Assembly: GCF_006345805.1 (NCBI RefSeq)
Contig: NC_043016.1
Coordinates: forward strand, 20,088,001-20,152,000
Origin: Octopus sinensis
Lineage: Eukaryota
Length of the DNA stretch: 64,000 bases
Direction: 5' to 3'
Part shown: one piece after another, positions 47,501 through 58,840 of the stretch
Numbering within the stretch: the first letter of the stretch is position 1
Layout: each line of letters opens with the position of its first letter
Notes under the pieces: generated by a model
Told to the model about the DNA's origin: nothing
Databases searched by the model: none
The model's input: the letters and a program-made list of their open reading frames with translations, nothing else
Translations under genes and position numbers: made by a program

Positions 47501-50500
47501 TGATTAGGTACAAATAAATACATGTTTCAATTTTCATTAAAACACCAATGTCTTCCAATCTTTTCAGTGATCAATTAATGAATGTAAAATTGAGACTGCA
47601 TTAAAGTCAATGCCTACTTAGAATGATTAATACTCTATGGACAACGTAAAGCAAACAAAACAGTAACTTCATAGATAGAGAGAATATCAGCTGTATGTGT
47701 AGGTTCTTGGTGAAGCTCAATCTAAGATTCACAAAATGAACTTGCACAAACAAAGATATTCAATTGGGAATTTGTAAAGATCAAAATGAGCAAGACAGGC
47801 TTTCTAGTGTAGTAGTTGCTAGCTACCTATTAGATCAAGGAGCCAAGTTTCTCCCAAAAAAGAAGAAAAAGATTTCTCTGGAACTAATTAAAAATATAGG
47901 TTTCAAAGAGATATGATCCAGATTTAACAAAAGAAATAAAGACTTCTTTCGCATCACTACAAGCCTTCACAGGCGATGGCAATCTGCTTTCACTTAGGGG
48001 GCTTATTAGAGAATCAGCCACTTCAAAGTGGGCTGAGAACCAAACTGACATCCCCACAATGGCTCTGCACAAACAAAAATATTGAAACATGAATCTATAA
48101 AGCTCAAATTGAGCAAAGATGACAGATTTTTTAACATGGTAATTGCTAAATATCTAGCCAACCAGGGAGCGGAATTTACCATAAAAATAAGAATGTAATC
48201 TCACTGGGTCTTAAGAAAGATCCAGATTTAGCAAAGAAAATAATAACATTTTTCCATATTAGAGAAACAGAAAAGTCCAAAGAGGGTTGAGAACCAACCT
48301 GAGATCCACAAGATTGATTTGCACAAACAAAAACATTAAATCATTATTCTTTAAAGCTCAAACTGAGCAAGAAAGAAAGTCTCTGGTGTAGCATTTGCTA
48401 ATAATCTAGTACAATAGGGAAGTCCATTTGGCAGAGTCAATGAGGACTGTGTACTTCATACAACACTGACCAAAAACAAAGTAGTGAACCTGAAACACAC
48501 CAGCAAAAAATGATCAGTCTAAGAACACAAGAAAATCCTGCAACAATATGCACACTCATGTAATACGTCAGAGTAAACTTAGAAAAACATCCCACACAAG
48601 ATCCACCATATGCATTATACAAAAATGGAATGATGAATATGTAAAGCTGGAATTGAAAAAGGAAGAAAGACTCTCTGGTGTAGTATTTGCTAATAATCTT
48701 ACGCAATAGGGAAGTCCGTCTTGCCTCATAAAAAATCTGGATCTAAGACAGAAAATAAAAGCATTTCCCAGATTCAAAGAGGATTGCTCATTTCATTTAT
48801 CCACTTCTGCTAGGAGGAGAGAAGTGGATGAAATGCAAGATAAACCTGCAACAGTATGTCAACCCTGTATGAGAAGCCTCTCCGAAAACATACAAAACAT
48901 CCTGAATGTAAAGACAGACAAAATTCCGCTAAGCATTTTGCCAAGTGTGCTAACAATTCTGTCAGGTTGCTGCCTTCTTTTTCCCTTTCGTAGTGACCTG
49001 AGAAGGATTTGAAGGCCGAATGTAAGAAGTCGGAAGAAGTACCACTAAAAATTTTGTCCAATGGAATAATTAATGATTCTGCCTACTCAGAGGACAAAGA
49101 CGCTTGCAGACTTCGAAATTTTGCCTTTTAGAATGGATACACAGACATTGTAAAACTACTACACCAGAATGGTACTAATGTTAGAAGTTGGAAGAATTTC
49201 TACAACAGAATAGTACTGATGTAAGAAGTTTGAAGAAGTGCCACTAAGCATTTTGTCCAGTGGTCTGATTCTGCCAGCTCACAGGACAGAGATGATTGCA
49301 GACTTCTACATCTTGCCTCTTTTAACGGATATACAGACACAGCAAAACTCCTACAGCAAAATGGCATGGATGTCAGCAAAGAAAGATGGTGAGGGCACCC
49401 TTGCTTCTTGCTTATTGGTATATTTTAATTTGCATTTTTTCTTTCTTTCCTTTCCATTTTCTCCCTCCTTTTTCTCCAAAGTGTAAAAGTCAGGTTTATA
49501 TGCAGTCCTTCACCAAACTGAAATGGAGATCCACAACATTCTGCCTGCTCACAGGACAGAGAAGCTTGCAGACTTCTACATTTTGCCTGTTAAAAGGGAC
49601 ACATAGACACTGTAAAACTACTACAGCAGAATGGCACTGATGTCAGCAAAGAAAGATGGTGAGGGCACCCTTACTTCTTGCTTGTTGGAATATTTTAATT
49701 TGCATTTTTTCTGTCTTTCCTTTCCATTTTCTCCCTCCGCTTTCTCCGAAGTTAGGCTAAGAGTCAAGTTTATATGCAGTCCTTGACCAAGCTGCAATGG
49801 AGATCCACAAAATGGATTTACACAAAGAAAAACATTGAACAATGAATTTCTAAAGATCAAAATGAGCAGATAAATGGGCTCTCTATGAGGTAGTTCAAGA
49901 TTGTAAATTAGATCCAAGAAGATGACTTCACCAGACCTAATTAACATTCCAAGTTTAAAAGAAAAAATGCCAACTCCATGTTGGATGTCGGAGAATACTT
50001 GGAGAAACATCCTCCACAAGATCGATTTAAAGAACAGATGGAATGATGAATTTGTAAAGCTCATATTGAACAAGAAAAAGAAATTCTCTGGTGCAATATT
50101 TGCTAATAATGTAACACGATAGGAGAGTGCATTTGTCCTCATGAAGAATCCGGATCTAAGGATGGAAATAAAAGTATTTTCCAGAGACTTGATTAGGTAC
50201 AAATAAATACATGTTTCAATTTTCATTAAAACACCAATGTCTTCCAATCTTTTCAGTGATCAATAATGAATGTAAAATTGAGACTGCATTAAAGTCAATG
50301 CCTACTTAGAATGATTAATACTCTATGGAACAACGTAAAGCAAACAAAACAGTAACTTCATAGATAGAGAGAATATCAGCTGTATGTGTAGGTTCTTGGT
50401 GAAGCTCAATCTAAGATTCACAAAATGAACTTGCACAAACAAAGATATTCAATTGGGAATTTGTAAAGATCAAAATGAGCAAGACAGGCTTTCTAGTGTA

Positions 50501-52738
50501 GTAGTTGCTAGCTACCTATTAGATCAAGGAGCCAAGTTTCTCCCAAAAAAGAAGAAAAAGATTTCTCTGGAACTAATTAAAAATATAGGTTTCAAAGAGA
50601 TATGATCCAGATTTAACAAAAGAAATAAAGACTTCTTTCGCATCACTACAAGCCTTCACAGGCGATGGCAATCTGCTTTCACTTAGGGGGCTTATTAGAG
50701 AATCAGCCACTTCAAAGTGGGCTGAGAACCAAACTGACATCCCCACAATGGCTCTGCACAAACAAAAATATTGAAACATGAATCTATAAAGCTCAAATTG
50801 AGCAAAGATGACAGATTTTTTAACATGGTAATTGCTAAATATCTAGCCAACCAGGGAGCGGAATTTACCATAAAAATAAGAATGTAATCTCACTGGGTCT
50901 TAAGAAAGATCCAGATTTAGCAAAGAAAATAATAACATTTTTCCATATTAGAGAAACAGAAAAGTCCAAAGAGGGTTGAGAACCAACCTGAGATCCACAA
51001 GATTGATTTGCACAAACAAAAACATTAAATCATTATTCTTTAAAGCTCAAACTGAGCAAGAAAGAAAGTCTCTGGTGTAGCATTTGCTAATAATCTAGTA
51101 CAATAGGGAAGTCCATTTGGCAGAGTCAATGAGGACTGTGTACTTCATACAACACTGACCAAAAACAAAGTAGTGAACCTGAAACACACCAGCAAAAAAT
51201 GATCAGTCTAAGAAACACAAGAAAATCCTGCAACAATATGCACACTCCATGTAATACGTCAGAGTAAACTTAGAAAAACATCCCACACAAGATCCACCAT
51301 ATGCATTTATACAAAAATGGAATGATGAATATGTAAAGCTGGAATTGAAAAAGGAAGAAAGACTCTCTGGTGTAGTATTTGCTAATAATCTTACGCAATA
51401 GGGAAGTCCGTCTTGCCTCATAAAAAATCTGGATCTAAGACAGAAAATAAAAGCATTTCCCAGATTCAAAGAGGATTGCTCATTTCATTTATCCACTTCT
51501 GCTAGGAGGAGAGAAGTGGATGAAATGCAAGATAAACCTGCAACAGTATGTTGCATTTTTTCTGTCTTTCCTTTCCATTTTCTCCCTCCGCTTTCTCCGA
51601 AGTTAGGCTAAGAGTCAAGTTTATATGCAGTCCTTGACCAAGCTGCAATGGAGATCCACAAAATGGATTTACACAAAGAAAAACATTGAACAATGAATTT
51701 CTAAAGATCAAAATGAGCAAGATAAATGGGCTCTCTATGAGGTAGTTCAAGATTGTAAATTAGATCCAAGAAGATGACTTCACCAGACCTAATTAACATT
51801 CCAAGTTTAAAAGAAAAAATGCCAACTCCATGTTGGATGTCGGAGAATACTTGGAGAAACATCCTCCACAAGATCGATTTAAAGAACAGATGGAATGATG
51901 AATTTGTAAAGCTCATATTGAACAAGAAAAAGAAATCTCTGGTGCAATATTTGCTAATAATGTAACACGATAGGAGAGTGCATTTGTCCTCATGAAGAAT
52001 CCGGATCTAAGGATGGAAATAAAAGTATTTTCCAGAGACTTGATTAGGTACAAATAAATACATGTTTCAATTTTCATTAAAACACCAATGTCTTCCAATC
52101 TTTTTAGTGATCAATTAATGACTGTATAATTGAGACTGCATTAAAGTCAATGCCTACATAGAATGATTAATACTCTATGGAACAACGTAAAGCAAACAAA
52201 ACAGTAACTTCATAGATGGAGAGAATATCAGCTGTATGTGTAGGTTCTTGGTGAAGCTCAATCTAAGATCCACAAAATGAACTTGCACAAACAAAAATAT
52301 TCAATTGGGAATTTGTAAAGATCAAAATGAGCAAGACAGGCTTTCTAGTATAGTAGTTGCTAGTTACCTATTAGATCAAGGAGCCAATTTTCTCCCAAAA
52401 AAGAAGAAGCAGATTTCTCTGGAAATATAAGTTTCAAGGAGATATGATCCAGATTTAACAAAAGAAATAAAGACTTATTTCGCATCACTACAAGTCTTCA
52501 CAGGCGATGGCAATCTGCTTCCATTTAGGGGGCTTATTAGAGAATCAGCCACTTCAAAGTGGGCTGAGAACCAAACTGACATCCCCACAATGGCTCTGCA
52601 CAAACAAAAATATTGAAACATGAATCTATAAAGCTCAAATTGAGCAAAGATGACAGATTTTTTAACATGGTAATTGCTAAATATCTAGCCAACCAGGGAG
52701 CGGAATTTATCATAAAAATAAGAATGTAATCTCACTGA
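44597..52738 (+). repeat. Near-identical tandem array of a ~2.69-kb unit (two full units, one unit with an 837-bp deletion, one partial unit)
   Basis: Identical track ORFs at 45198/47884/50573 (periods 2686 and 2689) and 46122/48810. The 49922-to-51774 spacing is 1852 (2689 minus 837), with the junction ...cctgcaacagtatg|ttgcattttttctg at ~51550. Confidence 0.93.
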
Positions 52739-52769
52739 GCCTCACCACCCATAAATGCCAGAAAACAAA

Positions 52770-52950
52770 ACTGCTTGTTGCATCTAGAGCAAGTATCAAT
52801 GAGGAAAGATAAGACAACATAGGTCATGATACATCAAAGACTGAACCAGAAAACCGTTGAAGATGTCGGCAATGCAAGAGTCAAACTATACATGTGCAGG
52901 AAATGCAAAGTTCCTATGCATGTCAAGCGTGCCTCTATCACAGAATGCAG
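52770..52950 (+). mobile_element. piggyBac (PGBD-type) transposase C-terminal Cys-rich fragment
   Basis: ...ER.DNIGH...RCRQCKSQTI(H)MCRKCKVPMHVK resembles the RYD..GH...RC..C...T.Y.C.KC.V.LH motif. Confidence 0.65.
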
Positions 52951-54129
52951 TCTTAGTGAAGTTTTGGGAAGAAGTCCTGTGAATCATCTTACATTACATA
53001 ACAGAAAAGAAAAAGGTTAGATTTAGACAATGTATATTTTAATGTTTTGTGATATTGTATTATGCTGTATTACAATGATGATTTTTCAAAGTACATACGG
53101 GTGAATCAAGCCATTAATTATTAGTATTTAAATCCACAAGAGGTATTTATACATACAGAATCACTGAAAGATGAATTTGTAAAGCTCAATTGAGCAAGAA
53201 AGATAGATCTTGTAGCACTGTAGTTGCTAATTTAGCTCATACAGGAGTCAAGTTTATTATAAAAACAATAAGAAGCAGACTCCACGGGACCTCATTGAAA
53301 GTCTAAATTTCAACCTCTTTAGTGTCCCCTGATGTAATAATTGTGAAGGTTATGGGTTGAAGACATCCATAGGCAATAAATACAACTTGAGAGGAGAGTA
53401 TCACAAGCTCAATTCCCATTACCCATACAACAGAAAGAGGATTGCGCATTTCATACAACATTGACCAAAATCAAAGTAGTGAACCTGAAACACACCAGCA
53501 AAAAATGATCAGTCTTAGAAACACAAGAAAATCCTGCAACAATATGCAGACTCCATGTCATACGTCAGAGTAAACTCAAAAAAACCTCATACACAAGATC
53601 CACCATATGCATTTATACAAAAATGGAATGATGAATATGTAAAGCTCGAATTGAAAAAGGAAGAAAGACTCTCTGGTGTAGTATTTGCTAATAATCTTAC
53701 GCAATAGGGAAGTCCATCTGTCCTCATGAAAAATCCAGATCTAAGACAGAAAATAAAAGCATTTCCCAGAGTTAAAGAGGATTGCTCATTTCATACAACA
53801 TCGACCAAAAACTAAGCAGTGAACCTGAAAAACATTTATCCACTCCAGCTAGGAGGAGAGAAGGGGATGAAATGCAAGAAAAACCTGCAACAGTATGTTA
53901 ACCCTATTTCAGAAGCCTCTCATAACACATACAAAACATCCAGGACAAAATCAACAAGATGGATTCATAGAAACAATACACAGAATAATATATTTGTATG
54001 GTTCAATTTGAGCAAGGAAAAAAGACTCTGGTGTAGTATTTGCTAATAATCTAGAAAAACAGATCCAGATGAATTTTGAGGTGAAATGAACTTCTCTAAG
54101 AAAGGGAATAAATTTATTTTTTGGCCTCA

Positions 54130-54330
54130 AACAGTTGAAGGAATCCGGGGTAGATGTAGACCCAGGAAGACATGGGATGAGGTGGTCAAGCATGACCTTC
54201 AAATATTGGGTTTCAAAGAGGCAATGACGAAAGACTGAGACCTCTAGATATATGCTGTGACTGCGAAGACCTGAGAAATAATGTAGTTCAAGGCTGTTTC
54301 CTGCACCAGCTTCACATAGAAGCCCCCAGC
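54130..54330 (+). mobile_element. RTE 3' fragment (a second copy lies at ~63870-64000)
   Basis: ggtagatgtagacccaggaagacatgggatgaggtggtcaagcatgacctt... is homologous to 1320-1420. Confidence 0.8.
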
Positions 54331-54399
54331 TTTTCCAAAGTGCCTTGGATTACAGGACGGCCTGCGGTACTTACATTGGATCATAGGGCGACCTGCTGT

Positions 54400-54901
54400 G
54401 CTTCAGGAGACCTATTGAGTCAAGTACATTGCCATCAACATCAAAAAATCAAATGGAAATTATACTTGTGATACCTGGGCCGGTGGCTCGTCAAATGCAC
54501 CATCCGTATGTGGCTGATGCCAGTGCCACCTCCACTGCCTTCTGTGCCGGTGGCACGTAAAAAGCACAGACCAATCGTGGCTGTTGCCAGTCTACCGTTG
54601 TGCCTAAAAAAGCACCATCTGTACGTAGCCAATGCCAGAGCCACCTTGACTGGCTTCCGTGCCAGTGGCACATAAAACCACCAACCGATCATTGCCAGCT
54701 TCCCCTGGCACCTATGCCAGTGGCATGTAAAAAGCACCCACTACACTCATGGAGTGGTTGATGTTAGGAAGGGCATCCAGCTGTAGAAACACTGCCAGAT
54801 CAGACTGGAGCTTGGTGCAGCCTCTTGGCTTCCCAGACCCCGGTCGAACCATCCAACCCATGCTAGCATGGAAAACGGATGTTAAAAATGATGATGATGA
54901 T
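54400..54901 (+). mobile_element. RTE-tailed SINE / RTE 3' UTR, long copy
   Basis: Family body with internal gtgccagtggcac repeats and a (GAT)n tail. Confidence 0.85.
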
Positions 54902-55114
54902 GCTGTGGTACAATTCAGTTGTACTGTGGATGATTTCAGCCAATAAGAGCTGCAGGTGTATGAATAAAATGGCAGTGATCTGTCTGAGGTAAAGAACGCC
55001 CTACAGCAACAAAGTGGCTGTTCCAAATTATTTCATGAATAAAAAGCCTAAAACTAACATCGCTTTTTTTAAAAAGGTAAAAGTCTACCTCAGAGGAACT
55101 TGAACTTAGAATGT

Positions 55115-57130
55115 AAAGATGGACAAAATGCCGCCAAGCATTTTTCCCAGTGTGCTAACAAGTCTGTCAGGTTACTGCCTTCTTTCTCTCTTTAGTAGTG
55201 ACTTGAGGAGGATTTGAACGCCGAATGTAAGAACTTGGAAGAAGTACCACTAAGCATTTTGTCCAATGGAATAATGATTCTGCCTGCTCACAGGACAAAG
55301 ATGGTTGCAGATTTCTACATTTTTGCCTGTTAAAATGGACACAGAAACGTAAAACTACTACAGCAGAATGACACTGATGTTAGCAAAGACAGATGGTGAA
55401 GGCACCATTACTTCTTGGAATATTTTAATTTGCATTTTTTCTTTCTTTCCTTTCTATTTTCTCACTCCTATTCCTCCAAAGGTAGAGTAAAAGTCAGGTT
55501 TATATGCAGTCCTTGACCAAGCTGAAATGGAGATCCACAACATTCTGCCTGCTCAGAGGATAGAGATGATTGGAGACTTCTACATTAAGCCTGTTGCAAG
55601 GGACACAAAGACACTGTAAAACTCCTACAGCAAAATGGCACGGATGTCAGCAAAGAAAGATGATGAGGGCACCATTACTTCTTGCTTGTTGGAATATTTT
55701 ATTTTGCATTTTTTCTTTCTTTCCTTTCCATTTTCTCCCTCCTATTTCTCCAAAGTTAGAGTATAAGTCAAGTTTATATGCAGTCCTTGATCAAGCTGAA
55801 ATGGAGATCCACAAAATTCTGCCTGCTCACAGGACAGAGATGATTGCAGACTTCTACATTCTGCCTCTTTTAATGGATGCACAGACACAGTAAAACTACT
55901 ACACCAGAATGGCACGGATGTCAGCAAAGAAGGATGGTGAGGGCACCATTACTTCTTGCTTATTGGAATATTTTACTTTGCATTTTTTGTTTCTTTTCTT
56001 TCCATTTCTCCCTACTATTCCTCCAAAGGTAGAGTAAAAGTCAGGTTTATATGCAGTCCTTGACCAAGCTGAAATGGAGATCCACAAAATTCTGCCTGCT
56101 CACAGGACAGAGATGATTACAGACTTCTACATTTTGCCTCTTTTAATGGATACACAGACACTGTAAAACTACTATACCAGAATGGTACTGATGTCAGCAA
56201 AGAAAGATGGTGAAGGCACCCTTGCTTCTTGGAATATTTTAATTTGCATTTTTTCTTTCTTTCCTTTCTATTTTCTCACTCCTGTTTCTCCAAAGAGTAA
56301 ATGTCAGGTTTATATGCAGTCCTTGACCAAGCTGAAATGGAGATCCACAAAATTCTGCCTGCTCACAGGACAGAGATGATTACAGACTTCTACATTTTGC
56401 CTCTTTTAATGGATACACAGACACTGTAAAACTACTATACCAGAATGGTACTGATGTCAGCAAAGAAAGATGGTGAAGGCACCCTTGCTTCTTGGAATAT
56501 TTTAATTTGCATTTTTTCTTTCTTTCCTTTCTATTTTCTCACTCCTGTTTCTCCAAAGAGTAAATGTCAGGTTTATATGCAGTCCTTGACCAAGCTGAAA
56601 TGGAGATCCACAACATTCTGCCTTAACACAGGACAGAGATGATTGCAGACTTCTACATTTTGCCTGTCAAAATGGACACAGAAACGTTGTAAAACTACTA
56701 CACCAGAATGGCACGGATGTCAGCAAAGAAGGATGGTGAGGGCACCATTACTTCTTGCTTATTGGAATATTTTACTTTGCATTTTTTGTTTCTTTTCTTT
56801 CCATTTCTCCCTACTATTCCTCCAAAGGTAGAGTAAAAGTCAGGTTTATATGCAGTCCTTGACCAAGCTGAAATGGAGATCCACAACATTCTGCCTGCTC
56901 AGAGGATAGAGATGATTGCAGACTTCTACATTTTGCCTCTTTTAATGGATGCACAGACACAGAAAAACTACTACACCAGAATGGCACTGTTGTCAGCAAA
57001 GATAGAGGGTGAGGGCACCATTACTTCTTGCTTGTTGGAATATTTTACTTAGCATTTTTTTTCTTCTTTGATTTCCATTTTCTCCAAAGTTAGACTTAGG
57101 GTCAGGTTTATATGAAGTCTTTGACCAAGC
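55115..57130 (+). repeat. Ankyrin-derived tandem array, ~7 units of 263-274 bp
   Basis: Repeating caggacagagatgattgcagacttctacattttgcc...gtaaaactactacaccagaatggcac.gatgtcagcaaaga...gggcaccattacttcttgc + pyrimidine tract + gcagtccttgaccaagctgaaatggagatccacaa. Track ORFs 56182 and 56445 are 263 apart. Confidence 0.9.
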
Positions 57131-57439
57131 TTAAATAGAGATCCACAAAATGGATTTACACAAAGATAAACATTGAACAATGAATTCGTAAAGCTCAAAA
57201 CGATCTAGAAACTCGGGCTTTCTATCAGGAAGTTGAAAATTGTAAACTAGATCCAAGAAGATGACTTCACCAGACCTAATTAACATTCCAAGTTTAAAAG
57301 AAGAAATGCCAACTCCATGTTCGATGTCTGAGAAAACTTGGAGAAACATCCTCCACAAAATCGATGTAAAGAATAGATGGAATGATGTATTCGAAAAACA
57401 GAAATTGAACAAAGTATGGACAGTTACCTCCCTTGAAAA

Positions 57440-57830
57440 AAGTTACGTCATCCATTGGCCACTTGATGGCACATGTGTTGCATTGTGGGAGAATTAAATC
57501 TATAGTTTTTGGAGGGTGCAACAAAAGTGATTAGACGTATCATCATATTGATCATCTGTATCCAAAAGTAACCAGGTATCTTTGTAAGTGCTGCAGAAGT
57601 GGCCGTCCACTGCGCCAAAGTCCAAAGAGGTTGGTACCTTCATGACATGAACAGCCACAGATCGAAGCTTTCAGAGTTGAAGGGCCAACTGTGTAGACAC
57701 GTCCAATTGTGTCACCTTTGTACAAGGCTGAATCGAACCTCGTACAACGGCCTTGTTTTCACTGTTGCCACTGGGAAGATGATTGATTCCATGTATAATA
57801 ATGTGGCACTTCAGTGTACAAAATAGACTT
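57440..57830 (-). mobile_element. Helitron RepHel coding fragment
   Basis: Minus strand YTEVPHYYTWNQSSSQWQQ.KQG...TIGRVYTVGP...VDGHFCSTYKD...DDQYDDT. Confidence 0.8.
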
Positions 57831-57959
57831 TGTAAAGGAGTCTAGTTAGCATGGGTGAAAGAAGGTTATGAGAGTGGTCTTTGGCAGGGCAGCTGCTTGT
57901 TCAATGAGGTTGTCTTGTGCAAAGGAAATTCATTGCCTACTTCCAAATGAACGCCAAGA

Positions 57960-58840
57960 GTTCAAAAGTTTGAAATCATTTTTGGAGAAGTACACAAAGA
58001 AAAGTATTACAAATGAATGAACTCTTGCTGTGGACTGATGGTTTCAAGTATGACAATGTGTTACTATTTGTGACAGATGTAGAACCTTTTATGAAAAGGG
58101 CTGCTAAAACATTACAAGTTCTGTTTAATACATAGAGTGCATAGAATTGCCAAAGAAGTATGCTTACTATTTCCAGATTTTAACAGGTTCATTGCAAATG
58201 GTGAAAAAATGTTTCTTTAATCTCCATGTAGGTGTGAACTTTGCTGCGAACATGAACCAACACTGAGTTTACCTCCAAAACCTGTTCTCATCAGAGTGGA
58301 GACGTGGATAACCGCTGCTGTATGTGATACTTCAAATTTTGATACTCTAAAGGAAATGTTTAACGCATTAAACAGTGAAGAAGCTTCTCTTACACGTTCA
58401 AAATTTGATTCCTAACTCCAGTGTTCATATCGATCTTGACTTTATTGTTGCACATTTTCAAGCACTAACACAAACTATACTAGCTTTAGTTAAAGCAGAA
58501 CATTTCTATGTTACAAGGTCTATCTTTGACAGCACAACTGAAAAGGTGAGGAGTAAACCTGGAGAGAGGCAGACATAGCTAACAAAATGGCAAAAAGTGA
58601 TTCACGCCAACACCGGCCTACAACAGATAAACGACATTGCAGAAGTTCTTAAAGGTGCAAATAAAGAACATGTTGGAAAGCTTTTGCATCTTTTAAACAT
58701 GCACCTTTGATACCAGCCAAAGTTGAAAGGTCTTTCTCAAAACTAAAACATCTGCTTTGAGATCAAACGTTGAATTTCACCACTGAAGACATAAAAAAGT
58801 TCAGAGTGGCATCTTGTAATAATACCCACAGCAATGGTGG
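57960..58840 (+). mobile_element. hAT-like (CGGBP1-related) transposase fragment
   Basis: DNVLLFVTDVEPFMKRAAKTLQVLF...HRVHRIAKEV..LFPDFNRFIANGEK...LPPKPVLIRVETWITAA...HAPLIPAKVERSFSKLKHLL. Confidence 0.75.

Noticed and set aside
55290-57040. The ~270-bp unit as a functional exon-intron array (ctcacAG|99-bp ankyrin exon ... ATG|GTGAGG, pyrimidine tract)
   Set aside because: The GT lies 5 nt past the 33-codon boundary and would break frame. The supposed intron start itself encodes the next ankyrin motif (RAPLLLAC), and units carry frameshifts. RNA-seq could reopen this.
43105-57130. CRISPR-like array (72-bp and ~270-bp periodicities)
   Set aside because: Whole units repeat with no unique spacers, there are no cas genes, and the context is eukaryotic.
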